Source: Eledone cirrhosa (taxonomy: Eukaryota). From it: a DNA stretch of 64,000 bases. Numbering within the stretch: the stretch's first letter is position 1; each line of letters starts with the position of its first letter. Below the pieces are notes generated by a model. It was not told the origin of the DNA. It made no database searches and worked only from the letters and a program-made list of their open reading frames with translations. The translations under genes were made by a program, and so were the position numbers. The stretch lies in the NCBI GenBank assembly GCA_964016885.1, contig OZ024741.1, forward strand, positions 302,250,001 through 302,314,000, given 5' to 3'. Below, piece by piece: positions 49,468 to 61,620 of the stretch.

Positions 49468-50874
49468 GTACTATTTGAAGTTTATTTACAGTTTGTCATT
49501 TGATTCATGTTGCTGAACTATGTTTTTATTATAAATATACACAAGGCTCAATATTTATAATGACACCAGCACTATCAATTTACAAAGTGGGCTAGGGCAT
49601 TTTATTGGCACCAGCACTACCCCATTACAACACTATTATATACAAATAAGAAACTTTAATTAGCTGAATTAGTAAGAGGTTAGTGATTTGTATTAAGCTA
49701 GTGACATTGTAGTATGTCTCTAATCAAGACATTAATTTTGTAATATCAAAGACCACGTAAGTGTACTTATAGTATAGTTGAGATAAATTGTTTCTCTGCT
49801 GTAGGCAACAGTAGAATTTTAAAGTAAAGGAGTGCTTCATTATGAAATAGGCCAACAGGCAAATAATTTGAGACCTATGAGACAAGAAGTTGTGTTTAAG
49901 CAGCATACACTGCATGGCTCATAGAGGATGAGCATGGTAACCTCTCTAGTATTGATGATACAATAAAACACACCTAGTACACTCTATAAAGTGGTTAGTG
50001 ATAGAAAGGACATTCATCTGTAGAAAACTTGTCCAACAAAGACTTCAAGAGGACTCTTCAGTTGTGTCAAAGACATTACAACCTCCCTAGTGTTGGTGCC
50101 ATGATAAAATACACATTGTAGAATGTAAAAGTATATTAAAGCAAGATTTGGAACCTGGTCTGTCTGAGGAGTGACTGGCACTAACTTGGTCTGTGATGAT
50201 CTGTCAAACCATTGCCAGCAGAGAAACCAGACATTAATGATGATGATGAAAAAAAATCTTAGCTGTAGTTTATATTTTTCTATACATTTCTCCTCTGATA
50301 TACTTGTCTGTATTCTGTGTATACATGTATGCATATTTGTGTAGAAATAAAAACTCACAAGAGAATGTTTTGCTTTTTGCAAATGCTATAATGTGGTGTT
50401 TTCACTATAATATAATTGAATAAAGACAGGGATATAATGGCTTAAAGCAGAAAATTTTTTCACCATTATCAGTGGCACGGTTCATTTCCCACAGGGAATT
50501 CTGTACAACTTTTTCCACCTCAAGGGGTTATATTAATTTTATTCAACTATATTATAGTTAAGATATTGTAGTAGCCATTACAAAAAGCAAAACATTCCTT
50601 TAAATTTTCATCTTATTACATGCTCCTTGACTCTTTTGATACTAGACTGTCTAAAACCACCCTTGGTCCTATAATACAGAACTTTTTAATTTAAAGTGTT
50701 TATATTTATCTAAAACCCTTCCATCATAATTTCACGTAGGAACCTTCGTTATATTACACTCTAGACACTAGCTTAATAACGAAAAAGCTATTACATTATT
50801 ATATCCTTCCAAATTCTTGATTATTTTAAAAGTGATCTGAAAATCATGAGATATATGGTGACAAAAAGTGTTAA

Positions 50875-51056
50875 CTTTTTAGCATTTATATTACTCTATA
50901 TTTACTATTATATTTTCATGGTAAACACTTTCTTTCACATAATATCAAATCTGTGAGATTTTGATATTATATATTTTGAGAACAATACCTTAACGTCAGT
51001 ATGAACAGCCAGTTTCAACAGAAAGAGGTGAGAGAATTCTGGCTGGATATAGAGGG
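50875..51056. mobile_element. piggyBac-type MITE, decayed
   Basis: TTAA flanks; body matches 31635-31839. Confidence 0.7.
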
Positions 51057-51116
51057 TTAAACCATTCCATTGTTTACATTATATACTTATTTTTTTTATT
51101 GGCTGTTTTTCTTCAG

Positions 51117-51254
51117 ATTACACAGGAAGCTGGAGAGTTCATGATAACGTTTCCATATGGTTACCATTCTGGTTACAATCATGGATTTAACTGTGCTGAA
51201 TCTACTAACTTTGCAACACCCAGATGGATTGAATATGGAAAGCGATGTTTGCAG
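51117..51254 (+). CDS. KDM4: KDM4 coding exon 5 (distal His iron ligand)
   Basis: [46 protein letters not shown]; ttcag|...|gtaaga; phase 0 to 0. Confidence 0.96.
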
Positions 51255-51404
51255 GTAAGATTTTATTTTCCAAGCAATTTTGGAAGCATTTAGTAACATT
51301 CTATTAGTTGTCATTGTGTGATTTCATTTTACTTTTCAGCAAAGAAACTTTTTAATACCTGCTCTAGGCTTATGATATAAAACTGTCCATCTTAAAATAT
51401 TCGT

Positions 51405-51790
51405 ACTTCTTCTTCACCCACTTCTCCTCCTCCCTCCACTTATTCCTAGGAGGGTCACGAGAGTAGAGCCCTCAAACACTTCTTTCAGCGACCCCTGTTA
51501 GAAGCAACCATCTCCAATTGATCTGGTTGGTTTTGCCTGTAGTATCTGAGCTGTAATCTTTCAATTGAGAGTAGTAGCAGCAGCTCTACCTGGAGCGACT
51601 CTGATCTGAGCTATGCACTCTATCGAGTAATGTTACTCCAAAGACTTTTCTGAGGAACCCCATTTCAGCTGCTTGTATTCGTGATTGTATTCTTTCTGTC
51701 ATTACCCAAGATTCATGACCATAGGTAAGGGTTGGCATGAATACCGAATTGAAGATAGCGAGTTTGGCTTTTACACCTACCTCCTTTTTT
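51405..51790 (-). mobile_element. RTE LINE 3' fragment (different subfamily)
   Basis: FNSVFMPTLTYGHESWVMTERIQSRIQAAEMGFLRKV on the minus strand; (gaa)-type tail. Confidence 0.7.
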
Positions 51791-51900
51791 AAGACTTAAT
51801 ATATTTCAATTTTATTCAATATATTTCTTTCTTATTGACAATCCTTATCTTTTTTTTTTTTGTTAATGTTACCATCAACTTTAAATTTTCTACTTTATAG

Positions 51901-52046
51901 TGTACATGCCGCAAAGATGGAGTGAAAATTAGCATGGATACTTTTGTTCGGCGTTTCCAACCAGAACGTTATGAATTATGGAAGATAGGAAAAGATATTG
52001 GTCCTCACCCGGAAGATCATAGTCGAGTATCTCATTCTCGACAAAG
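51901..52046 (+). CDS. KDM4: KDM4 coding exon 6
   Basis: [40 protein letters not shown]..., with the CxC Zn ligands; donor AG|gtcagt; phase 0 to 2. Confidence 0.92.
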
Positions 52047-52221
52047 GTCAGTTAGTCATGGATTCTCAAGCATGATTACTTTATTTATGCCATCCCTTTC
52101 AAAAGTATTTCTTGTAATAGTTTAACAATATTATAGTTTTTGTTACTCATCCGTCTAGTTGGTATATGCTTAGTTCATATATTATGTCTAGTCTAGTTGA
52201 TATATATATTTAGTATATTAG

Positions 52222-53421
52222 AATTTGTTGATCTAGAAAAGGCCTTTGACGGAGTACCTCAATTTGTCACCTGGTAGTTCCTAAGGAAACTGGAGGTAGA
52301 ACAGTGGCTGTAAGAGCAGTGCAAGCCATATACAGAGGAGCTGTCAGTAATGTGAGAGTAGGAAATGAGTTTAGTGAAGAATTTAAAGTACAGGTAGGAG
52401 TTCACCAGGGTTCGTTACTCAGACCACTTCTGTTCATCATAGTTCTCCAGGTTATAACAAAGGAGTTTAAGACTGGTTATCTATGGGAACTTCTATACGC
52501 TGATCTAGTCCTCATAGCTGAAACCCTGGAAGAACTAGAGATTAAGTTCCGATTGTGGAAACAAAATTTTGAATCAAAATAGCTGAGAGTAGCTGAGCCA
52601 AAACTAAAGTGCTAGTAAGTAGGAACGAAGATAGGACCCTGACTCCTTCAAGGAAGTGGCCCTGCTCAGTATGTTGAAAAGGAGTTGAAATAAACTCTAT
52701 ACAATATACACAATGTAAATCTTGGGTACACAAGATATGTAGTGGGATAACAGGTGGACTAACAGGAAAGGAAAACTTTGTATGTAGATGTTGAAGGTTA
52801 ATTGATAGTAACAGCGACAATGATATAAATATTTTCCAGGTATGATCCATAGAAGTAGTTGATAGCTTCTGCTATCTAGGTAATGTAATTAGCAATGGAG
52901 GATGGTGCTCCGAGAGCATAGTAGCTATAATAATAAGATGTAAAAAGCTTAGAGAACTACTCCCTATGTTGACAACAAAAGGTTTCTCCCTCCAAATGAA
53001 AGGCTAGCTGTATGTCGCCTGAGTGTGAAGTGCTATGCTTCATGGTAGTGAAACATGGGCAGTGACTGCAGAGGATATGCACAGGTTGGAGAAAAATGAA
53101 GCAAACGTGCTTTGATGGATGTGCAATGTTAATGTAAGAGAATGACTGCCTGAATGAACTGAAAGAAAAACTAGGTATAAGAGGATCAGAAGCAAGAGAG
53201 AAGACTGTTGGTATGGGCATGTGATGTGCATGGATAGTGATTGCTGGGTGCTGCAGTAGAAGGCCAAGGAAAACCTGGGCAGAGGTGGTGAGAGCTGACC
53301 TCAAATCACTGAGACTCGCAGTGGAAATGACGAAGGATCATGACATGTGGAGAAATGCTGTGTTGAAAAAAGCCCATCCAACCCATCCAAAAACGGGCAT
53401 AAAAACAATGATTATGATGAT
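52222..53421 (+). mobile_element. Decayed RTE LINE 3' half in a KDM4 intron
   Basis: FVDLEKAFD, GVHQGS, WELLYAD, KWPCSVC, RPRKTW and a (gat)n tail. Confidence 0.88.
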
Positions 53422-53545
53422 TTAGTATGGTTGGTATATTATATTTATTTAGTCTATTTGGTATATTATATTTTGTTGTTATATTAGGTCCAATCTAGTT
53501 AGTACATTATGTCTAGTCTAGTTGGTGTATTATATTTAGTGTATT

Positions 53546-53736
53546 GCGGTGGATTGGTAGTATCGGTAGAGGGACGGACACCATGCTTTGAAGCACAGAG
53601 TTACCTCCCTTTGTGATCTGAGTTCAAATCCCACTGAGGTTAACTTTGATTTTCATCCTTACGGGGTCGATAAAATAAAGTACCGGTAATGCACTGGGAT
53701 AATTGATGGCCTTGTGCCAAAAGTAGAAACAATTAT
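53546..53736 (+). mobile_element. tRNA-derived SINE, family 1
   Basis: Matches 5838-6026. Confidence 0.85.
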
Positions 53737-54166
53737 ATTTAGTGTATCATCACTAGTTTAGTTGGTATATATTTAGCCTACTTGGTGTATTATGTGTAGT
53801 CTAGTTAGTCTATTTTTCCCCTCATTTGTAACTTTTAAAAAAGTTTGCATTTTTGTGAATTTTACTCACATTGTGACTTATGCTTGTTTATATTTCTTTA
53901 ACTCTTAACATCCTGTACCACATGTAACTGTATTATTAGCAAGACATTTTTGAAAAGAACAATGCAGTATTATGATTAGGTCACATTAAAAACTTCTCTA
54001 ACACTGAAAATTTTAATAGCAATCTACCTGCTTGTAAAGATACTACAAATATTTGAATCAGAAAATCTGTTTTAATACATAATTCTGCTAAATCATTACA
54101 AGATGTTAAAAGTTAAATAAATTTGTTTGTTTCTTGTAAGTATTACTCATTTTCTCTTGTTTTTAG

Positions 54167-57100
54167 TGGTGACAAACGAAATACTTTTGAAGCCAATAGC
54201 TCTGGAACTGTCTCCACAAAAAGACATCCAGTCACTAAACTGGAAAATATTAAAAAGCGTGGCCGCCCTCCTGGCATGAAAAAAGATAAAGATGGTCCCT
54301 GGAAGGATATGACTGAAGAAGAGATACGACAAGCTATGTCAGAGACTGCTGAGGAGCCTGTTGGTCTCAAGATAGAACATGGCATATCAGACACTTGTTT
54401 ACTGAAAAAACGGAAAAAGCGCAAAAAGAAAATTGATGAAAATTTTGAAATAGATGAAACAGGGAAAACAATAGTGAAAAATCAAGCAAAGACAGTTATG
54501 ACTGATAGTCTAATGAAATCTAATGGAAATGGTTGTATGTCATCGAATAATTCCAGTTGTTGTTACAGTTGTTCTGCTTCATGTTGTGCTGCACAATCTT
54601 ATTCTTGTATGCAGCCAAATAATTATCATAATGGCGCTTCCCCTTCTCGCAACTACATGTCGCCACACAATCAGGCGTATGGAGCAAAAACACATAATGC
54701 TGGCTTGATGGTGAACAAAGAAACGTCACAACATTTCTTGGAAAATGGTGAAATAGATCCTTCCTACGATGGTTTGTCTAAATTCACTCCACTCAATGCT
54801 GATGGCAACTCAAAGATGAAGAAGAAAGTTAAAAAAATGAAGAAAGAATTAATGGATCCCAATCTTGGTGTGAAAGGAATGTCCCCCAATCAAACTCCAT
54901 ATGGCTTCACACCCGGAGCTGAAGGTTGCATTCCAAATGCCCAGAATGAAAATTCTTCATTTGAAAATCACGACGAACCCATGAATAAGAAATTGAAACA
55001 TGGGTGCTGTTCAGGGCATTTTGAGACATCTAGAACTAATGGTTCTTACTGTAGTTGTTCTAGCAGTGCTGCATCATGCCAAGCTAATTCAAACTGTGGC
55101 CAACTTAACAACAATCTCCACGGTCAGTCTTTAACAGAAAAGCAGATAAATTCAAATACATCTATGGATGGTGGTTCACTTGCTAACAACAGTGGTAATC
55201 ATGAATCCTGTTGTAGTTTTACAGCAGACCATGCTTCAAATGGTAATGGGGATGAACCTGGCTTTTACTCAGATGGCAAAGGCATGCAAGATAATTGCAT
55301 GTCTGAAGATTGTAACTCATCACAGATGTCATGTTGCTGTATGTGTTCAGATGAGAACTGTGGAGGTGGTTTGATACAACAACAACCTCAAGAACCATCA
55401 GTACAGCAACAGCAACTGAACTCCCCTCCTCTTCCACAGCAGCAGTATCCTTATTCACAACAGCAACAGCAACAGCCATACCAGTATCCTCAACAGCAGC
55501 AATATACCCATATGCAGCAACAACAGATTCAGGATAATCAACAACTACAACACTATCAACAGCAGCAAGAACAAGAACAGCCGTATCCTCATGTGCAGCA
55601 ACAGCAGCAACAACTTCAGCATTATCAACCTCCTCATCATCAACAATACAACAGCAGCAGGAACAATAGCAACAACAATCATCACCATCATCACCATCAT
55701 CATCAACAACCAAAAAGTGGCCATGAACAGCTGCAACAACCTCAACATGCAGTACAGTATTCTGAAATGTTACAGCAATCTTCTGCTACTAATGAACAGT
55801 TACAGCAAGTATCTTCAAATAAACTTTATTCAAATCCTAGTTTTACTGATTCAGGACCAGACTTGATTAAGTTGGCCCATGATATCCTTCACAATGCTCC
55901 AGAATCCTGTAAACAAGCAAATAATAGAAACCAGGATGGGCATGCTTCAACAGTGGGCAATGAGTCAACTGGAAATACCAATGGAATTCCAGTTAAGTCT
56001 TCATCATGTTGTATGTATTCAAATAAAAAGATGCCACTTTTATTACCGCAGTCTCATGAGATGTCTACTGAAGAACAAATGCCTACCATTCGATCTGGGA
56101 ATTCCAATCAAAGTTCTATGCACATGCCTATGCTGAAAGCGGAATCAGGACCGAATGCTACCATTGTTACTGGCAATGATCAAAATTCACATGTTCAAAT
56201 GCAAACTGACTGTAGTTTGATGTCCCCACAAAGCTGCTCTGGGAAAGACAGAAACAATAAACACACTTATATGCAGTTATCTCCCACCAACAACTCTATG
56301 GCAGCAAACATGTGTAATTCACCTAGTTATCAAACTGGCTTTATACGAACACCAATTAACAATGTGCAGAGAAACGCACAGTCTTGTCAATATGCTTCAT
56401 TGCCTGGAAAGAAACTTTGTCATAGAGCACCACTTGTATTAAATCCTTCTATGAATTCTAATGTATCATATGGTAAACAAAAGAAAGAGAGAAATCAGCG
56501 AAAAAATAAAGAAAAGACGCCTAGAGAGCCAGGTCCACCAAGCATTGTGACCGATGCTCTAATTGCAAGTGTTTTGAAAGCTGAAACTGAACTAATGGCT
56601 CAAAATTTACGCAAAGCAGCTGCTGCTGAAAATAATGTAGCAGCACAAGGGACGGGTAAGAAACAAATTGTCTTGCCATTGCCCTTATCATCAGCTAGAG
56701 AACTGTCAGTGCCAGCAACCCATGCCAACTATGAGCAGAAAAGACCAAACTATGATAATAATTACACCAAGCCATGTCCAAATGTCTCCTCTTCATGTAA
56801 TCCCTTGCAAACATATAATAATAATCTACCTTATTCAAATTCAAAACCTGGCTCAGCTAAAACAGTTGTGGTCAGTTCACCAATGTCGGTGTGTGGCTCT
56901 ATTCCATCCACTGGTTTTCAGTCTTATCATCAACTGAACAAAAATTCTGAAAATTCTGTTGCCCAAGGGACTTCTTTTAAGAAAGATGATACTGGGATTG
57001 TTTCTCCATCTTCAATTCAGGGTAGTCCTGAGACTCCAATTGGTCAAACTCAATTTGTTTTACAAGGAGTACATCAGATTCAACCAGTTTTACAACAAAT

Positions 57101-57971
57101 TCAACCAAGCACTCGTTTAAAGTCCCCACATAACACTATGAAAACAATGACTCCTAATTCTCCCCCCAACTCCACAGAGTCTATAATGAATCACACCCAT
57201 AATAAAGTGGCTAGCCCATCTGTACAAATGGTAACAAAAACAAGATCTACAATCTCTCAAGATTGTAAAAATTTGCAGGGTTCTCCGATCAATTCTCTTT
57301 CACAGCCTGTAGTTGTAAGATCCAGTCATGCCAACGCTCAGTCATATTTTCAGTCAGACCTTTCAAATCCCCATGTGTTCACTCCTTCAATCTGCACGTC
57401 TAATCCCAATGATAGTAATAATAAACTTCATTATACTCCTGAAGTGAACTCCTATGACTCTACAACAGCATCTACTTGGAGTACTGTTGGTACAAGTTAC
57501 CCTTGTAACAACAATACTACCTCTTTGAATAGTAATAACACAACTAAATATGTGAAATCTAGTTCAGCAATTGTTGCCGAGCCACTGCTTCCTACTTCTT
57601 TGAATACAGATACTTTAAATGCTTGTATGGGACTGGCTGGAACCAACAACTTCAGTATTCTTGGTAAGGGCATATGGCAGTCAACCTGCGTCAGGAGTAA
57701 TGACAGCTTGGATTGCTCTGCTTATAGTGACCAGCATTCCAAGCAAATACCTGCCTTGAAAAATAAACAAACTTATCCTTCTATTGCCGCTCCTCCTCTT
57801 CCTCCTCCTCTTCCTGCTCCTTCCCCCTCCCTACTTTCTCCTCCACCTCCCATCATCAGTGTTACTAATCCTAATGCTACAAAACATTCAGAGCCAGCAT
57901 CTAAAAAAGACAGAAAACCATGCAAAAAGCAAGATAAGCCATCTGGAACACATCCAGAAACTAATGAACAG
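54167..57971 (+). CDS. KDM4: KDM4 coding exon 7: 3805-nt exon encoding a ~1268-aa low-complexity region
   Basis: Stop-free 1294-codon ORF. Acceptor ttttag at 54166 is phase-compatible with exon 6 (AG+T=Ser); strong donor CAG|gtaagc at 57971. Assignment to KDM4 rests on position and phase, not homology. Confidence 0.8.
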
Positions 57972-60048
57972 GTAAGCTTTTGGGAAAACTTGGTAAAATG
58001 GATGTGAGGAAAGAAAGGGGAAAAAAGAAAACAGAAAAAAAAATGAGAGAGATGTTAAAAAAAATTTATAATAATATAATGATAATTACTCATGATCATA
58101 CACTGAATTGGAACTAACTGTTACTGTTTTCTTATTGATTACGAAAAATGCATATGTAGGGATGTTATTAACTCAATATCAGATAAGTTTTTTTTTATTA
58201 TTTATAGAATTTTTTTTTTACATTTATGAATATTTGGTATAAGTAGTGATATTGCTAACATTTCTGTATCATCTCACTCGTCACTATTCTTTGTCTTCTT
58301 AACTGCCATCACTGTGTGTTTCACATTGATGTTTATATTATGTGTTGATCTCTGGAAAAGAAAGTGTGAGAGAAGGGGAAGAGGGAGAGCAAGAATGAGA
58401 AACCTTAGCAAAGGGAAAGAAAATGTATGCCCCCCCCCCCCCCGGACTTATCTGTTAGTTACAGTTATTAACTAATGTTTTCTTCAAAGCCAATCTATTA
58501 ATGTCATTAATTTATATGATTTCTCAATTGTATGAGGGTTAAGGCAATCATATAGGTTTAAAATCTAGGTATGGCACTGCCCCAGCATGGCCTCAGTACA
58601 ATGACTAAAACCAGTGAAATAATATAATGATAATAAATCAAACTACTTACATAGCCAAAACATGTTAAAATCTGGTTTGTATTTTATTAATTTCATAGAT
58701 CATGTCTAAAATTACTGTTGATTATATTTTTTTGTGTTGTAATGTTGCCAAAAGTTCTGCATGAAATAGCTAAGTACAGATTAATATATTAATGTTATGA
58801 AGTGTTTAGTAAGTTTTAACCACACCTGAAACTAGCAATTTTCAATCTATGGGACACTGAATAAGGTGCTAGAAATGTCATAGCAAACCATTAGCCTTTT
58901 TAAATGAATAGTAAAATTCTTTTAAAACAGAGATGGGCATATGTATTGTACTTTATCCATTGGTGCAGTGCATTAAAAACACTTGAGTTTTCTAAATGCC
59001 CTGGCATTTTCCAACTTGAAAAACTTGTAGTGTGTTTGTGATCCATACGTGCATATATATATATATATATATATATACCATGACACAGTGGGTGAAATGG
59101 TCTAGATGTTTTAAAAACAAAATTAAATTAATATTATTTTGTTGTGTTTGCATGCACTTAGTATAATTTGAAGATTAATAGTTGCTGGCAAACACTGTCC
59201 AACCTTTTACTATTCAAAGGTAGAAAGAAGTATTTTCTGGTGGATTCTAAGTTATTTCTCATTGTTCTACAAATCGTTTATAATTTCTTCACTCTCACTG
59301 AATTTCTTGCATTTGTTTAACACCTTTTGTTGTTACATTTCTATTGAAACAGTCTGTATTTCGATTAATTACTAAAGAATGTTAAAGAATTTACTAAAAT
59401 TATTATTCAATACTAAGATAGTAACTTAACATATGGATTTTTTTTTAATTCAGAAGAGATTTATGGTATTTATATTCTCTCAGGTCTTGAATAATTCCAC
59501 CACCCCACACACACTTATAAATTTTTCATGCGCTTATTAAATTTTGTTAATCTATCTCCTGCAAAATTTTATTGTAATTCATTCATAATAATAATTTTAT
59601 TTTACATTTAAAAGAAAACATATGACAAAAAAAAAGAATATAACAAGAAATCCCATATTTACGAATGTTCACTATACAATTACCGACTCGACCCCACTCC
59701 CTCTGTTTATCCTCTACCACTCCCCTGCTTATAAGAGTTTAAGCAAATGTGTGTGTGTGGTGGTGGAGGGCATTATTTAAATCTGAGAATACTTTGAGTA
59801 GATTTCAAATTATTGATAGAAACTACTCTTTGATAAAAGTAAATTCCAGTTTAGTTTTTAAATATTGATAGTTGTCATTTTTTTCTGTTATAAATAACTA
59901 AAGAAATATATTTCTCCTGAGTACTTAACTACTTATTGATTCTATATTTACTAAAAATTGATGCTATAATTCTATTATAATATTAATCTTAAAACTTAGT
60001 GTTATATCTGAAAATGAATAAATAAGGAATCATTTCAATTTTTGTTAA

Positions 60049-60258
60049 CCCTTTTGTTACCATATTTCTGATGACACTGCCTATGATTTTCAAATCACTT
60101 TGAAAATAATTTGAAGGGATTTAGTAATAACTTACTCACCTTCTTATTAATAAGGTTCTTTCATAAAATGATGATGAAAGGGTTTTTAGATAAATATAAA
60201 CACTGTAAAATAGACACTTTTCTAGCATAGAACCCGGGGAAGTTTGTTATCAAAAGGG
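60049..60258. mobile_element. piggyBac-type MITE
   Basis: TTAA-cccttttg...caaaaggg-TTAA. Confidence 0.7.
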
Positions 60259-61204
60259 TTAATTATGTTAGCTATAGATGAAACTTAATTTGATTGATTA
60301 CAGTTTATTTTGCTCTTTTCAAATGTCCACTTCCTCTCTGTTCCTTCTGGTTGTTGGATCTGTTTCTGATATTAAAATAACATTCTCAGAGTACTTGTCA
60401 TCTTTTGTCACATTACAATTTCTCTTGCATCAAATAACACTTTGATGTTCAAATGAAAAATAATGGAATAGGTAATGATTTAGTTCTAATCTTTATTGTA
60501 ACAAGAAAAAGTATTTTAAAAACTTCTTGGCAATGTGATAATTGGAGATAGAATGCAAATGTAATTCTTTGATTAAATCTCTCTGGGTTGTTGTTGTTGA
60601 TAAAATTATAATTACTTCTTGAACTATCAACCTCATCTTTTAAGGTTTTTTTTTTACTAGATTCCCAATCTACATTTCATTTGAACCAGTTTGATCGCTG
60701 ATCCCTACATGTGTAAATAGAGACTGGATTCAAATGCAACTTTTTTTAAAACTAAGGTTAATAATATTCTTATCTATTAGTTATCCTTAGTCCCAGACTC
60801 AAACTGGGTACCCTTCTAAACTACATAAACATCTAGGGATAAAGCTTGATGATGATCGGAGACAAATCACTTGGTATGTGATGTGCCTATCCATCTAGGC
60901 CAACTACCAGGTCACTTAAAGCTCTCTATCCATCATCAGCGTTCTGAGCTCTCCTACACTATCCACTTTGGTATCTTCCAGCAGATTATCAATGCAACGT
61001 CTTTTCCTTCTATCCCTGTGTATTCATCTGATGGTTTCATTCTCCTCTGCCTTATCTTTTCTGTTACCGGTAGATTTAAATATCATTGTGTGTTGGCAGA
61101 ATCGTTAGAGCATTGGATACTCAAGTCAACTTTGCCGTTCTTCTTTCGAGAACTGTGAAATATGCAGCAGGCAAAATACTGAGAGTTGATATAACTATCT
61201 AAAT

Positions 61205-61620
61205 CTGAGGTCTCAAACTCAAGGGCTCAAAAGTGCCATTATGTCCTGGAGGAGAGGCACAGTGAACCAAAAGTGACATGAGGGGGTGGAGGACATGATT
61301 TCTACCAGTTATAATGCTAATATGTATTACAGCTGATAGGCTGCTATTCATTTTTTTTTTTCATCAAAATGAATACACATATGATAGTAAGTAGGATTTG
61401 TGAATTAATACAAAATGTTGGTGGAAAAATTTTCTGTTTTTACCACATTGTTGTATTTCATGGGTTAAAAAAAATGCAAGAAATTTTACTGTAAATGTTA
61501 GAAAAATAGGGACAACAAGCAAAATTCAAAATTTTATCTCATTTAAAGCTATAAAATTGTTTTGCCATGGACCATAGAGAAGTAGTTTGCAACCCGTAGG
61601 CCACATGTTTAAGACCCCTG
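61205..61620. mobile_element. hAT (Charlie-type) MITE
   Basis: Imperfect TIRs ctgaggtctcaaac / gtttaagacccctg; imperfect 8-bp TSD atctaaat / gcctaaat. Confidence 0.55.

Noticed and set aside
54143-57975. Overlapping alternative-frame and antisense ORFs in the giant exon
   Set aside because: Expected by-products of CAA/CAG/CAT-rich coding sequence.
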